Shown piece after piece: positions 31,678 through 39,819 of a stretch of 40,162 bases of DNA (its first letter is position 1; every line of letters starts with the position of its first letter). The DNA lies in the IMG/VR virus record IMGVR_UViG_3300020165_000003; one strand, 5' to 3'. Source of the stretch: a virus. The notes beneath the pieces were generated by a model. The model had not been told where the DNA came from. It worked only from the letters and a program-made list of their open reading frames with translations, and did not search any database. The position numbers and the translations under genes were made by a program.

Positions 31678-32195
31678 GATTCTTCACACTCATCTTCAAT
31701 GTTTGCTGAATAAGGGTAGTAAACAGAACTGCTATAAATTTCATCTTCATTAAACAAGTCTCCATCACAATCAGAAGCATCGATTATAGCTTTTAGACTT
31801 GTTGTAGACTTTACAAATTCTGCAATTCTCTTGTTTATGTATGCGACTTTACCTTCTATCTGAGAAGACAGTGTATCTATGACGTATTGGTCTTGAGATG
31901 ATTCTTCGTGCTTAGTGTTCGCTGCTTGCGTTCTAAGCATAGTAATCGTTGCTTTGGCCGAGTACATAGCCAGAGAGTATTTGATGAGCTTAAACAGGCT
32001 TATTTCGTCTGCTGTTAGCGTTTGATTGCTTACACCAGATTCCATATGCTCGTACAAACAAGTACCTAATAAATCTTGTATAGATGTGTACTGCTCTAAC
32101 TGTATGATAGACAATAGCGCAGCACGATCCAATCTCTTAGGAAGAGGAAAGTTTTTGTAAAGAAAATTATCATCTATAAATATTACCTCAACCAT
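31674..32195 (-). CDS. Head-tail connector/adaptor candidate, 173 aa (start at MVEVIFIDD)
   Basis: Immediately downstream of the portal. ATG 32195 follows the portal stop, whereas the 32234 start would overlap the portal. Confidence 0.3.
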   Translation of the reverse strand: MVEVIFIDDNFLYKNFPLPKRLDRAALLSIIQLEQYTSIQDLLGTCLYEHMESGVSNQTLTADEISLFKLIKYSLAMYSAKATITMLRTQAANTKHEESSQDQYVIDTLSSQIEGKVAYINKRIAEFVKSTTSLKAIIDASDCDGDLFNEDEIYSSSVYYPYSANIEDECEES

Positions 32196-32196
32196 C

Positions 32197-33429
32197 TTAT
32201 ATATCTTGAGTATTTGCACCCTTGATACTTTCAAGGTTTACGTCTTCTTCTACAACATTTAAGTTCATCTTATCGTACCCTACAGTAGATAAAACTCTAG
32301 TTAAACCACTTAGAATAATTTCTCTATTAGGTAGTGTTTCAGTAGCTCTGAAGATTTGATACGCTGTGACGAGTTCGTTCCCCGTACCACCCAACTTACC
32401 CGAAACCATAACACCAAATAAAGTAGGACTAGTAATATTATGGGCAGTAAGTATCTTAGCATCGTTAAGTCTTGATAACACATCTACCGTTTTATCTAAA
32501 TTAGCTATATCTAAAGGTGTGAACTTAGGTGCGTCTTCTTGTTTCTTAACCCAAGATACTACAAAGTTATCCGCTTCAGGGCCGATGAAAGACTCTTTAA
32601 AGTTTTTATACTCAGTGGCTTTCTGCTCATTTGACATATTCCTACCAATGAATGTAGCAAGAACTTTTGGCGAGAATCCATTTTCAGCAGAGTTTTTAAT
32701 GTGTTTACCAAAGGCAAAGTCAGACTCGATGTAGTGAAATGCAGAAATATAGTTAGGAACACCATAGTATGGATTACCGCTATAAGGGTTAGATATGTAT
32801 AGAACAGCTTCAGTTCCAGTCCTGTCGAACTTATTGAAAGCCTTAATTTTTTTAGGATCGTTATGCTGCACTGAATTAGCTCCGTATCCAAATGTTCTTC
32901 TTACGATGTAGTGAGTAACCTCTCCTTTTTCGTTTGGTTCAGCAGCTCTAACTCCTTTAACGTCTAAGGATTTAAGCTCTAATATCTTGCTTCTACCCTT
33001 GTTCCATCTGATGTAAAAGGCAGATGCTCCTTTTGATTCGTATTGAAATGCTGCGTGTAGTATAACATCATACATTCCTTTGTTGTTACCAGCACAGTTA
33101 CCTAAGAAAACTTTAAGCTCTTGCTTAGACTTGTTTGTCTTTAAGAATGAATCATCAAACTTAATATCGTTACCCGCAATCATCTTAGACTTCTTAGTAA
33201 GTATACCAGAGTGTACAGGCGATTGACGTAACATCTTCTCTAAGATAACCGGGAAGTCATCATTGACGCCAAATTTAATGTAGTCACCAAACGTAGTGTG
33301 CCCTAGATGATATCTATTGTTTAAGTCTCTAATAGAGTTCTCTAGCTCGTTTGTAGCTATAGTCTGTTCAGTTGCTTGAACATCTGTCTTAGATGCAAAA
33401 AAATCTACTATGTTGTTAAATAATCCCAT
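32197..33429 (-). CDS. Portal protein, 410 aa
   Basis: Phage_portal-like pattern: NPYYGVPNYISAF, ENGFSPKVL, LTAHNITSPTLFGV, GTGNELVTAYQIF. Confidence 0.7.
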   Translation of the reverse strand: MGLFNNIVDFFASKTDVQATEQTIATNELENSIRDLNNRYHLGHTTFGDYIKFGVNDDFPVILEKMLRQSPVHSGILTKKSKMIAGNDIKFDDSFLKTNKSKQELKVFLGNCAGNNKGMYDVILHAAFQYESKGASAFYIRWNKGRSKILELKSLDVKGVRAAEPNEKGEVTHYIVRRTFGYGANSVQHNDPKKIKAFNKFDRTGTEAVLYISNPYSGNPYYGVPNYISAFHYIESDFAFGKHIKNSAENGFSPKVLATFIGRNMSNEQKATEYKNFKESFIGPEADNFVVSWVKKQEDAPKFTPLDIANLDKTVDVLSRLNDAKILTAHNITSPTLFGVMVSGKLGGTGNELVTAYQIFRATETLPNREIILSGLTRVLSTVGYDKMNLNVVEEDVNLESIKGANTQDI

Positions 33430-33445
33430 TACTATAATCTACAAA

Positions 33446-33781
33446 TTAGTACGTTGAAAACTTAACAGAGTCTTCATAAATACCCGATCCGTCTTGTGTT
33501 GTTGTATAGTCTTCTATATTGCAAGAATACCTATATCTAGAATCCCCATTAGAAAGGGTGAGAAAATACTCACCACCTTCTAACGAGGTATTTATTAAAT
33601 CTATATTAAGACGAATAAAGTCGCTGCAAGTTTCAAGATTGTTTAAGTCTTGTAAGTCTACAAATGTTTGACTGCCGTTACCAACAACTTTTTCCAATGT
33701 AACATCGAAAGAATTGATAACCCAATCTAACGACTTTACAAAAGAGATAGTATTAATAACCTCAGACTTAATTCTTTTCAT
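33446..33781 (-). CDS. Hypothetical virion protein, 111 aa
   Basis: ORF with late motif 12 nt upstream. Confidence 0.45.
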   Translation of the reverse strand: MKRIKSEVINTISFVKSLDWVINSFDVTLEKVVGNGSQTFVDLQDLNNLETCSDFIRLNIDLINTSLEGGEYFLTLSNGDSRYRYSCNIEDYTTTQDGSGIYEDSVKFSTY

Positions 33782-33793
33782 CTTGCCCTTTAC

Positions 33794-33805
33794 TTAATTT
33801 ACATT
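33794..33805 (-). promoter_or_regulatory. Late-motif copy AATGTAAATTAA (1 mismatch), 12 nt upstream of ATG 33781
   Basis: Revcomp of ttaatttacatt. Confidence 0.4.
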
Positions 33806-33807
33806 AA

Positions 33808-34041
33808 TTAGCTAGCGTCTCTAAAAGTTCCGGTTTTCATGTCTATTTCAACAGAACCGTATTTTTCCTCTAGACTCTTACTAAGTTTTTCCCAAGATTC
33901 TTTTGCGTTAAGAAGCTCAGAAGTTGCTCTACTACTTACAATAGCAGCTTCAACAATTGCGTTTTCCGTGTTACGAATAAGAGAGACAATAGCCTCCATT
34001 GTTTCGTGTTCTTTTTTTGTTAGTTTTTTAGCCTTAGCCAT
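33808..34041 (-). CDS. Helical hypothetical protein, 77 aa
   Basis: ORF. Confidence 0.45.
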   Translation of the reverse strand: MAKAKKLTKKEHETMEAIVSLIRNTENAIVEAAIVSSRATSELLNAKESWEKLSKSLEEKYGSVEIDMKTGTFRDAS

Positions 34042-34067
34042 ACAAAATATATTTTAGTTAACTACAA

Positions 34068-34075
34068 CAAATATA
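34068..34075 (-). promoter_or_regulatory. Bacteroidota-type -7 box TATATTTG (TAnnTTTG), 26 nt upstream of ATG 34041
   Basis: Revcomp of caaatata, within TATATTTGTTGTA, which is shared with the 37245 site. Confidence 0.4.
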
Positions 34076-34076
34076 G

Positions 34077-34214
34077 TTAATTATATTTCCCCCGACTAAC
34101 ATCTTCTATATATATAACACATTCCTCATGTGTTCCGTAGAACTCTGGAGTTCCATCATTAACAGCTTCCCAAACTGTTGCGTCTTCATCGTAAGGTTGT
34201 ATATCGTATCCCAT
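34077..34214 (-). CDS. Acidic small protein, 45 aa
   Basis: Hand-translated MGYDIQPYDEDATVWEAVNDGTPEFYGTHEECVIYIEDVSRGKYN. TAATG overlap with the LamG gene stop. Confidence 0.3.
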   Translation of the reverse strand: MGYDIQPYDEDATVWEAVNDGTPEFYGTHEECVIYIEDVSRGKYN

Positions 34215-35176
34215 TAGTACGTTGCTATGTTACCATTTACAATTGAGTTGGTATATTTACTATTGCTATCGTTAGCGTTGTTCCCCTCGAAAGTCCATTC
34301 TGTTATAAGACCGCTAGAAACTGTTTGACTACTATCTGCTATAACACCACTGTTATATAAGGTTGTTACTTCACTTGAAGAAAGCACCTTATTGTATATC
34401 TTAATTTCATCATAGTCTAGGGTAGCATTACCCGCACTGTTTGTAACGTGTAGGTTTTCCCCTATACGCCCCTTAGTAGCATTAATCCCTGTTCTTGTTC
34501 CGTTATTAGCATTTGACTGAGTAGTGCATTCCGTAGCGTTCCAGTACAGTTTAAATGCGTTAGAGGCATTTGTTTGTGAGGCATCGTAAGTCATTGTAAT
34601 CATACAGAATCCATCGCTATTCACATTGCCTCGTGCCGTGCTTTTCCATTTTGCACTGCTATTAATTCCCGTTGCGGAGTTATTGTCGTGCAATGGAAAC
34701 TGCCTATCAAAGTTGGTGCTATTAGTTCTGACTCTACAAACAAGCCTATTTAGACTTTGGCTATAGGTAAGGAATATACGATTGTTACCATTTGAATTTG
34801 TGTTACCAAAGTTAAAAAGTAATTGGTTCTGCAAACTACCCGTGTGGCGTACCCACATACTAAAGCTCAAGTCTTGTGTAGTATTTATGCTAAACGGAGA
34901 TGTTCCTGTAGTACAGTTTATGTAATCGCTTGTACCATCGTTTTGATAATACTTTGTGTTTGAGTACGCTGCCGATGCACTATGGTCATAGCTGTAAAAC
35001 TCGCTCATAGCGTGAGGAGGGTTACCATCTGGTCTATCTGCCGCTGCATTATTAGTGTTTATTGTGCCAAACCCACCACCCGATAACCCCCTAAGGTTAA
35101 GGTCTGGTTCGCCACCAGCACCAAGTTCGGTAGCTATCTCCGATATTTTTATTTGGCCACTGCTTTGTAATGCCAT
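34214..35176 (-). CDS. LamG / concanavalin-A-like lectin domain protein (receptor-binding candidate), 320 aa
   Basis: LSFSMWVR..NRIFLTY..LVCRV and terminal LDYDEIKIYNKVLSSSEVTTLYNSG are typical of Laminin_G_3. ATGA-type overlap with the fibre gene. Confidence 0.65.
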   Translation of the reverse strand: MALQSSGQIKISEIATELGAGGEPDLNLRGLSGGGFGTINTNNAAADRPDGNPPHAMSEFYSYDHSASAAYSNTKYYQNDGTSDYINCTTGTSPFSINTTQDLSFSMWVRHTGSLQNQLLFNFGNTNSNGNNRIFLTYSQSLNRLVCRVRTNSTNFDRQFPLHDNNSATGINSSAKWKSTARGNVNSDGFCMITMTYDASQTNASNAFKLYWNATECTTQSNANNGTRTGINATKGRIGENLHVTNSAGNATLDYDEIKIYNKVLSSSEVTTLYNSGVIADSSQTVSSGLITEWTFEGNNANDSNSKYTNSIVNGNIATY

Positions 35177-37227
35177 TATGAGAATATATTTGAGTATGCA
35201 ATAACGTCTCCTTTAACGTGCAAATCACCATCCGACTCTAAACGAGCTACAAATTCACCACCTGTATAAAAATCTATACGTCCATTCGTGGGATCAAACT
35301 GTATGTAGTTGTTGGAGTCTTTACCAACGTGAGTAATGCCATCTCTTAAATCAGCCTCAACACTAAATGTAGTACCTGTTAAATCAAGACCGCCACCCGC
35401 TGAGTATGTTGTGTTCGTGTTAGTTGTGTAAGAAGGTGTTGCCCATGTAGCAGTACCACTTGCTGAATACTTTAGGAACTGCCCAGCAGCACCGCCACTT
35501 GGTATGTGTCTGTTACCAGCTGTGGTAGGGTGAGTATATACCGTATCTGTATCGGTTGCTGATATCTCTCCGTCAGTAGTAATTGTTATATTAGCTCCAG
35601 CACTTAGCATACCTACAACTTCCTCTTGACTTAATTGAGTGTTGCTATAATTACCAGAGTGGATATTAGTAGTTCCTTGGTCGGCAGTCCAATCTATAAT
35701 AGCGTTACCACTTGGTATTGTTGGCGTACCCGTTAGTGAACTATAAGCTCCATCAAACAACGAGGTATTACCAGCCATAGCTGTAGTTGATGTTGTACCA
35801 ATAGCAAGTGGCGTTAAGTTACCGCTATTGTAAGCCGTGTATTCTGTAACCGCAGCGTAACCAGTTGGAGATGATGCAAAAACATCACTACTTGTATTTG
35901 ATACAAGCACAAAAGTGCCATCACTAATATGCCCTGAAGCAGTTATTTCGGCAAAAGTTCCAGTTTTAATGTAAAGGTCTACATCAGTGTTGTTAACGTC
36001 CACAATACCTACTTCCGTAACGACTTCTGACGAAGCGGTAGAGTGGTTATAAAAAACTACATCATAGTTATTATCGTTATTTAGTTGACCTACAATATGA
36101 CCCATTGCTGGAAGTACTTCATTGCTATATGATGTGCTTCTGCCTGCAAGAGTAATCATAAATCTTGAAGACTGACCACCAGTAATTCTTGCTATTTTAA
36201 AATATCCAGAAGCACTGGCGCTATTATCTAATGCTCTCCAGTTGTAAAACTTAGAGTTACCGTCTGATGATATTCCTTTGCTAAAAGTAATTAACTCTGA
36301 AGCAGTGTCTGCCGTATCACTTCTTAAGTATTTACTTTGAGTAGATGAAGATGTTAGGTATCCAGCACCATTGGTAAGCTGATTGTTATTCGTAGGTATT
36401 GATAAACTAGCAATCTGCTCACCAACATAATCTTGAGTAGCATCACCGTAACCAGCAGCACCGTGATCACCCCATCCGTAGGCTGTGTTCCAATTACTTG
36501 AGTTGTCAGCGAAATTAGATGAAGTCCAAACCTCTCTCCATCCAGGAGCATAACTACTTCCTTGGTCATTATATATAAATACTCCTCCAGCTGAACCACC
36601 TGTGTTTGGTGCAATAGCAAGTGCAGTTATGTTACCTCTAGTGCTGTCGCTAGAGTTATCAGTCCATGTTATCCAAGATGAACCAGCAGTTTCGGTAAAG
36701 TTACCCGCATCATTAAGATTATAGTTACCAGCGTAGCTCCAAGATGTTTTAAATACCGAGCTAAAAGAATCAAAACCACCATCAGATTCTATTTCAGATA
36801 TTACTTGAGCTGTAGTTATGCTAGGGTTTGAACCATTTGTAAACGCTTGTGTGCCTAATGAACGAATATGGTCGTAATACGCAGGTGTTATGTTGCCTGT
36901 ATGATAAATTTCACGAAGAGTTCCGTCTAGCTTAACATACATTACGTTTGTAGTGTCATCATAGCTAAATCCATCGTTGTTGGCCATGTTGATGACAGCA
37001 TCGCCATCGGTAAAATAGTTCCCCGCTGCTTGATAAGTAGCTGACAAGTCAGGTATACGAGCCGCATCAAACGTACCGCTTGTAATTTTTGAAGCCGCTA
37101 AAGAAGGAATACGAGCAGTACCCAATGTACCACTCGTAATCTTACTTGCTGCTAAGTTAGGAATATCTGAAGCCCCTAAATTGTGACTCCCCGAAACATC
37201 TATATCTCCTACTACCTTAATAGCCAT
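35176..37227 (-). CDS. Tail fibre protein, 683 aa
   Basis: N-terminal tandem IPxLAASKITSGTxxxAR repeats, G/S/T/N-rich beta-type composition, modules shared with the 476-aa fibre. Confidence 0.7.
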   Translation of the reverse strand: MAIKVVGDIDVSGSHNLGASDIPNLAASKITSGTLGTARIPSLAASKITSGTFDAARIPDLSATYQAAGNYFTDGDAVINMANNDGFSYDDTTNVMYVKLDGTLREIYHTGNITPAYYDHIRSLGTQAFTNGSNPSITTAQVISEIESDGGFDSFSSVFKTSWSYAGNYNLNDAGNFTETAGSSWITWTDNSSDSTRGNITALAIAPNTGGSAGGVFIYNDQGSSYAPGWREVWTSSNFADNSSNWNTAYGWGDHGAAGYGDATQDYVGEQIASLSIPTNNNQLTNGAGYLTSSSTQSKYLRSDTADTASELITFSKGISSDGNSKFYNWRALDNSASASGYFKIARITGGQSSRFMITLAGRSTSYSNEVLPAMGHIVGQLNNDNNYDVVFYNHSTASSEVVTEVGIVDVNNTDVDLYIKTGTFAEITASGHISDGTFVLVSNTSSDVFASSPTGYAAVTEYTAYNSGNLTPLAIGTTSTTAMAGNTSLFDGAYSSLTGTPTIPSGNAIIDWTADQGTTNIHSGNYSNTQLSQEEVVGMLSAGANITITTDGEISATDTDTVYTHPTTAGNRHIPSGGAAGQFLKYSASGTATWATPSYTTNTNTTYSAGGGLDLTGTTFSVEADLRDGITHVGKDSNNYIQFDPTNGRIDFYTGGEFVARLESDGDLHVKGDVIAYSNIFS
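37042..37164 (-). repeat. Imperfect 54-nt (18-aa) tandem repeat, about 2.3 units, in the fibre N-terminus
   Basis: IPNLAASKITSGTLGTAR / IPSLAASKITSGTFDAAR / IPDLS; visible at DNA level. Confidence 0.8.
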
Positions 37228-37244
37228 ACTAATTTATTTTACAA

Positions 37245-37252
37245 CAAATATA
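37245..37252 (-). promoter_or_regulatory. Bacteroidota-type -7 box TATATTTG, 17 nt upstream of ATG 37227
   Basis: Revcomp of caaatata in the 30-nt gap between the two fibre genes. Confidence 0.4.
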
Positions 37253-37257
37253 ATGAA

Positions 37258-38688
37258 TTATACTCTTCTTTTACCGCTTATAACAATGTCATAAGAATCT
37301 GATGGTAAACCTACAATTGTCCAAGTAGAACTTGCATAGTTTATTTCAACCATGCAATGGTTACCATCACTGTCATAAACATCAATATGAGCGGGATGGT
37401 TTACCCCAGCTGTTGCTGTAGTTACAGTATAGTCTCCTGTGTGAGAACCAGTGTTTACAGTATATACGTTATATGCGTTTGTTAAGTTAACAGCGTTGCT
37501 AGTATCAACATCACTAGCAGTAATACCAACGTGTGTTGCATTGCCAACCATTACATCTGCAACGTAATCTCTTACGGTTTCTGCACTTAACTGAGTGTTT
37601 GCAGTACCCGAAAGTGTACCATCAGCGGTAACTGTAAGGTTTGATCCCACTTTAATTCCACCTAAAGCACTTGTTGTAGCCTCTGGTAACGAGTAGTTAT
37701 TTGCAGTTGTGCTTATAACACCAGTTGAAGAATCGTAGCCAATTAACCCAGTTCCAGAAATTTTACCACGAACATCTGCGGTTGACAACTGAGTATTTGC
37801 AGAAGAGAATGTAAACTGATTTGTGGAGTCATCGTATGATACAGTAGTGTTTGTACCACTACGGAATGCTACTGAGTCTCCGCTACCTATTGTCTCAGAG
37901 TTTGTGCCATCAGATACAGTCCACGATCCGTAATTATCTGCACCCGCAGAAATGCCACCAAGCTTTGTAAGCAAAGCATCAGTAAAGTCGTTTGCTGTTT
38001 GAGTATCAGCTGAGATTGTACCATCGACAGCGATAGTAATTCTAGCACCATCCTTAACACCACCTAAAGCAGATGAAGTAGCAGCTGGTAAAGCGTAGTT
38101 GTTGTACTCTGAGGAAAGTGGGATGTTGTAGTATGTAGAGCCATCGTTACTAAATTCCCAACGGTCATTAGTCTCGTTCCATTGTAATACAGGTACATCT
38201 TCACCTTGACCACGGTTTACCGAGATACCTGAATCAGCACCAGCGGCTGCACCTGAGTTAAGCTCGATGTTTGTATCCTCAACAGCCAACTCAGCTGTGT
38301 TCAAGATAGTCTGTGTACCGTTTACAGTCAAGTTACCAGTTACAGTAACGTCATTGGAGAACGTCATGTTACCACCTTTGGTCTGTGCTCCACTAGTACG
38401 GATTACTGTACTGTCAACACTTATACCATTTGCATCTACGCTTATACCATCGTTTGCATCAGCGGAGAATGTAGTACCTGTTAATGTAATACCATTACCA
38501 GCACTATACTCCTTACCAACTACAATGTATTCACTACCGTTGAATATTTCTACCGCATTGTCTGTGGTATTAAAGTAAATTTGCCCCGTTGCGTTTCCGC
38601 TTGCTTGGGCACTTGCTCTTGTTTCTAACGCTGCTGAAACCAGCTCTGATCCTGAGAGGTTTAAGTCAGCTAAAAATTTAATTGCCAT
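37258..38688 (-). CDS. Tail fibre protein, 476 aa
   Basis: N-terminus MAIKFLADLNLSGS parallels MAIKVVGDIDVSGS of the 683-aa fibre. Duplicated NNYxLPxATxSALGG(V/I)K..DGT(I/L)S and ANTQLSxxxVR modules. Confidence 0.7.
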   Translation of the reverse strand: MAIKFLADLNLSGSELVSAALETRASAQASGNATGQIYFNTTDNAVEIFNGSEYIVVGKEYSAGNGITLTGTTFSADANDGISVDANGISVDSTVIRTSGAQTKGGNMTFSNDVTVTGNLTVNGTQTILNTAELAVEDTNIELNSGAAAGADSGISVNRGQGEDVPVLQWNETNDRWEFSNDGSTYYNIPLSSEYNNYALPAATSSALGGVKDGARITIAVDGTISADTQTANDFTDALLTKLGGISAGADNYGSWTVSDGTNSETIGSGDSVAFRSGTNTTVSYDDSTNQFTFSSANTQLSTADVRGKISGTGLIGYDSSTGVISTTANNYSLPEATTSALGGIKVGSNLTVTADGTLSGTANTQLSAETVRDYVADVMVGNATHVGITASDVDTSNAVNLTNAYNVYTVNTGSHTGDYTVTTATAGVNHPAHIDVYDSDGNHCMVEINYASSTWTIVGLPSDSYDIVISGKRRV

Positions 38689-38705
38689 TGTTTTTTATAT
38701 ATAAA

Positions 38706-39137
38706 TTAAACTAAATATGCTTTGCCTGTTTGGGCGTTCTTAAATCTAACATCAAGCTGATTGTTGCTAGAATGCTGTACCTCTGCATAGACCTCGTTGT
38801 CATTAGAATCTAATACAGTTACACTTGGCTTAAAGCCTAAGTTGTGTTGCACTGTCCATCTGTCTGAAGCAACAGATTGGCTGTGTGTATATTTTACGTC
38901 TGTCCATTGAACAGTCCCGCTTGAGTTTACAAGAAGCGATTGACCTTCAGAGCCAGCAGAAGACGAAGAATCTTTAACCTCTCCAGAGAATCTTACACTA
39001 TCTGTACTTACATGAAGAGGTATGTTGTTTCCGTTACCATCTGAGAGTTGTTTCTCTGATGTCAGCTCGTTAGAATCTGAGGTCTTTATAAGACCTTTGT
39101 ATGTATCCTTTGGTTTGTTTCCAGTTAGTGTAGCCAT
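38706..39137 (-). CDS. Tail fibre-associated / adaptor protein candidate, 143 aa
   Basis: N-terminus KPKDTYKGLIKTSD..LSDGNGNNIPLHVSTDSV is fibre-N-terminus-like. Upstream of the fibre genes. Confidence 0.4.
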   Translation of the reverse strand: MATLTGNKPKDTYKGLIKTSDSNELTSEKQLSDGNGNNIPLHVSTDSVRFSGEVKDSSSSAGSEGQSLLVNSSGTVQWTDVKYTHSQSVASDRWTVQHNLGFKPSVTVLDSNDNEVYAEVQHSSNNQLDVRFKNAQTGKAYLV

Positions 39138-39141
39138 CTCT

Positions 39142-39153
39142 TTAATTTACAAT
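39142..39153 (-). promoter_or_regulatory. Late-motif copy ATTGTAAATTAA (exact), 4 nt upstream of ATG 39137
   Basis: Revcomp of ttaatttacaat. Contains the TAA stop of 39147..39293. Confidence 0.5.
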
Positions 39154-39293
39154 TCTGCTTCCCAAGTATCTTGAATTGTTTCCCAACGCATTTGTATAGT
39201 ATTCCACTGTACATTGTCAAACTCGTTTCGCTGATGAATTAAAGCAGCAGATCGTGTTGATATAGATAGTACAGATAGAGCAAGGTTTATCAT
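39147..39293 (-). CDS. Small Trp-repeat protein, 48 aa
   Basis: Hand-translated MINLALSVLSISTRSAALIHQRNEFDNVQWNTIQMRWETIQDTWEAEL. C-terminus parallels that of 39556..39819. Confidence 0.35.
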   Translation of the reverse strand: MINLALSVLSISTRSAALIHQRNEFDNVQWNTIQMRWETIQDTWEAEL

Positions 39294-39556
39294 TACTCTG
39301 ATATATACGCAAGCACAACTCCTTCATAACACTGAACTTCAGTGAATCTACCAAACAAAGTCATACCTGTTGGTAATATTTGCCCTGTAAGAGAATCTCC
39401 TACTTCACTTTCAACGTTTACGTTAGCCTCTTGAAGACAAACAATAAAACGATACTTTTCACCGTTAGGAGTAGTATCTCCAGCGGAAAGTTTACGAAAC
39501 CCTAAGTCTCCTGTTGTTGCTTGATAGTAGTTTCTATCTTTAGTAATGTTACTCAT
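39293..39556 (-). CDS. Hypothetical virion protein, 87 aa (start at MSNITKD)
   Basis: TAATG overlaps at both ends. The ORF-track start at 39568 would overlap the upstream gene. Confidence 0.45.
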   Translation of the reverse strand: MSNITKDRNYYQATTGDLGFRKLSAGDTTPNGEKYRFIVCLQEANVNVESEVGDSLTGQILPTGMTLFGRFTEVQCYEGVVLAYISE

Positions 39557-39819
39557 TATACGTTCCAATATTCATTAATAGTTTCCCAAAGTGCCTCTAT
39601 TGTCTCCCACTGCAAGTTGGCAAAACCAGCATCAGTTTGTTCTAAATCTGATCCGGAGTAGTAACTTCTATTACCAATAAGATAATCTACCCTACCAGTT
39701 ATTATAGTAATGTTATTAGAGCTGTAAGGCTCTATACCCCCAATTACATAATCAACTATACTAGAAGATACTTGTTGGGAGTTACGGCTATACCCTCTTT
39801 TTATAGGGGCGTAGCTCAT
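39556..39819 (-). CDS. Small Trp-repeat protein, 87 aa
   Basis: C-terminus ANLQWETIEALWETINEYWNV. Confidence 0.45.
   Translation of the reverse strand: MSYAPIKRGYSRNSQQVSSSIVDYVIGGIEPYSSNNITIITGRVDYLIGNRSYYSGSDLEQTDAGFANLQWETIEALWETINEYWNV

Noticed and set aside
31159-38578. Plus-strand or alternative-frame ORFs in the 30.8-40 kb late arm (31159..31347, 31496..31780, 32366..32734, 32559..32891, 33839..34057, 36354..36620, 38267..38578)
   Set aside because: Embedded in the endolysin, portal, fibre or neighbouring genes. Composition is typical of off-frame translation.
34214-38688. Diversity-generating retroelement targeting the fibre or LamG genes
   Set aside because: No reverse transcriptase ORF is present, and no template/variable repeat pair with adenine-specific differences was seen.
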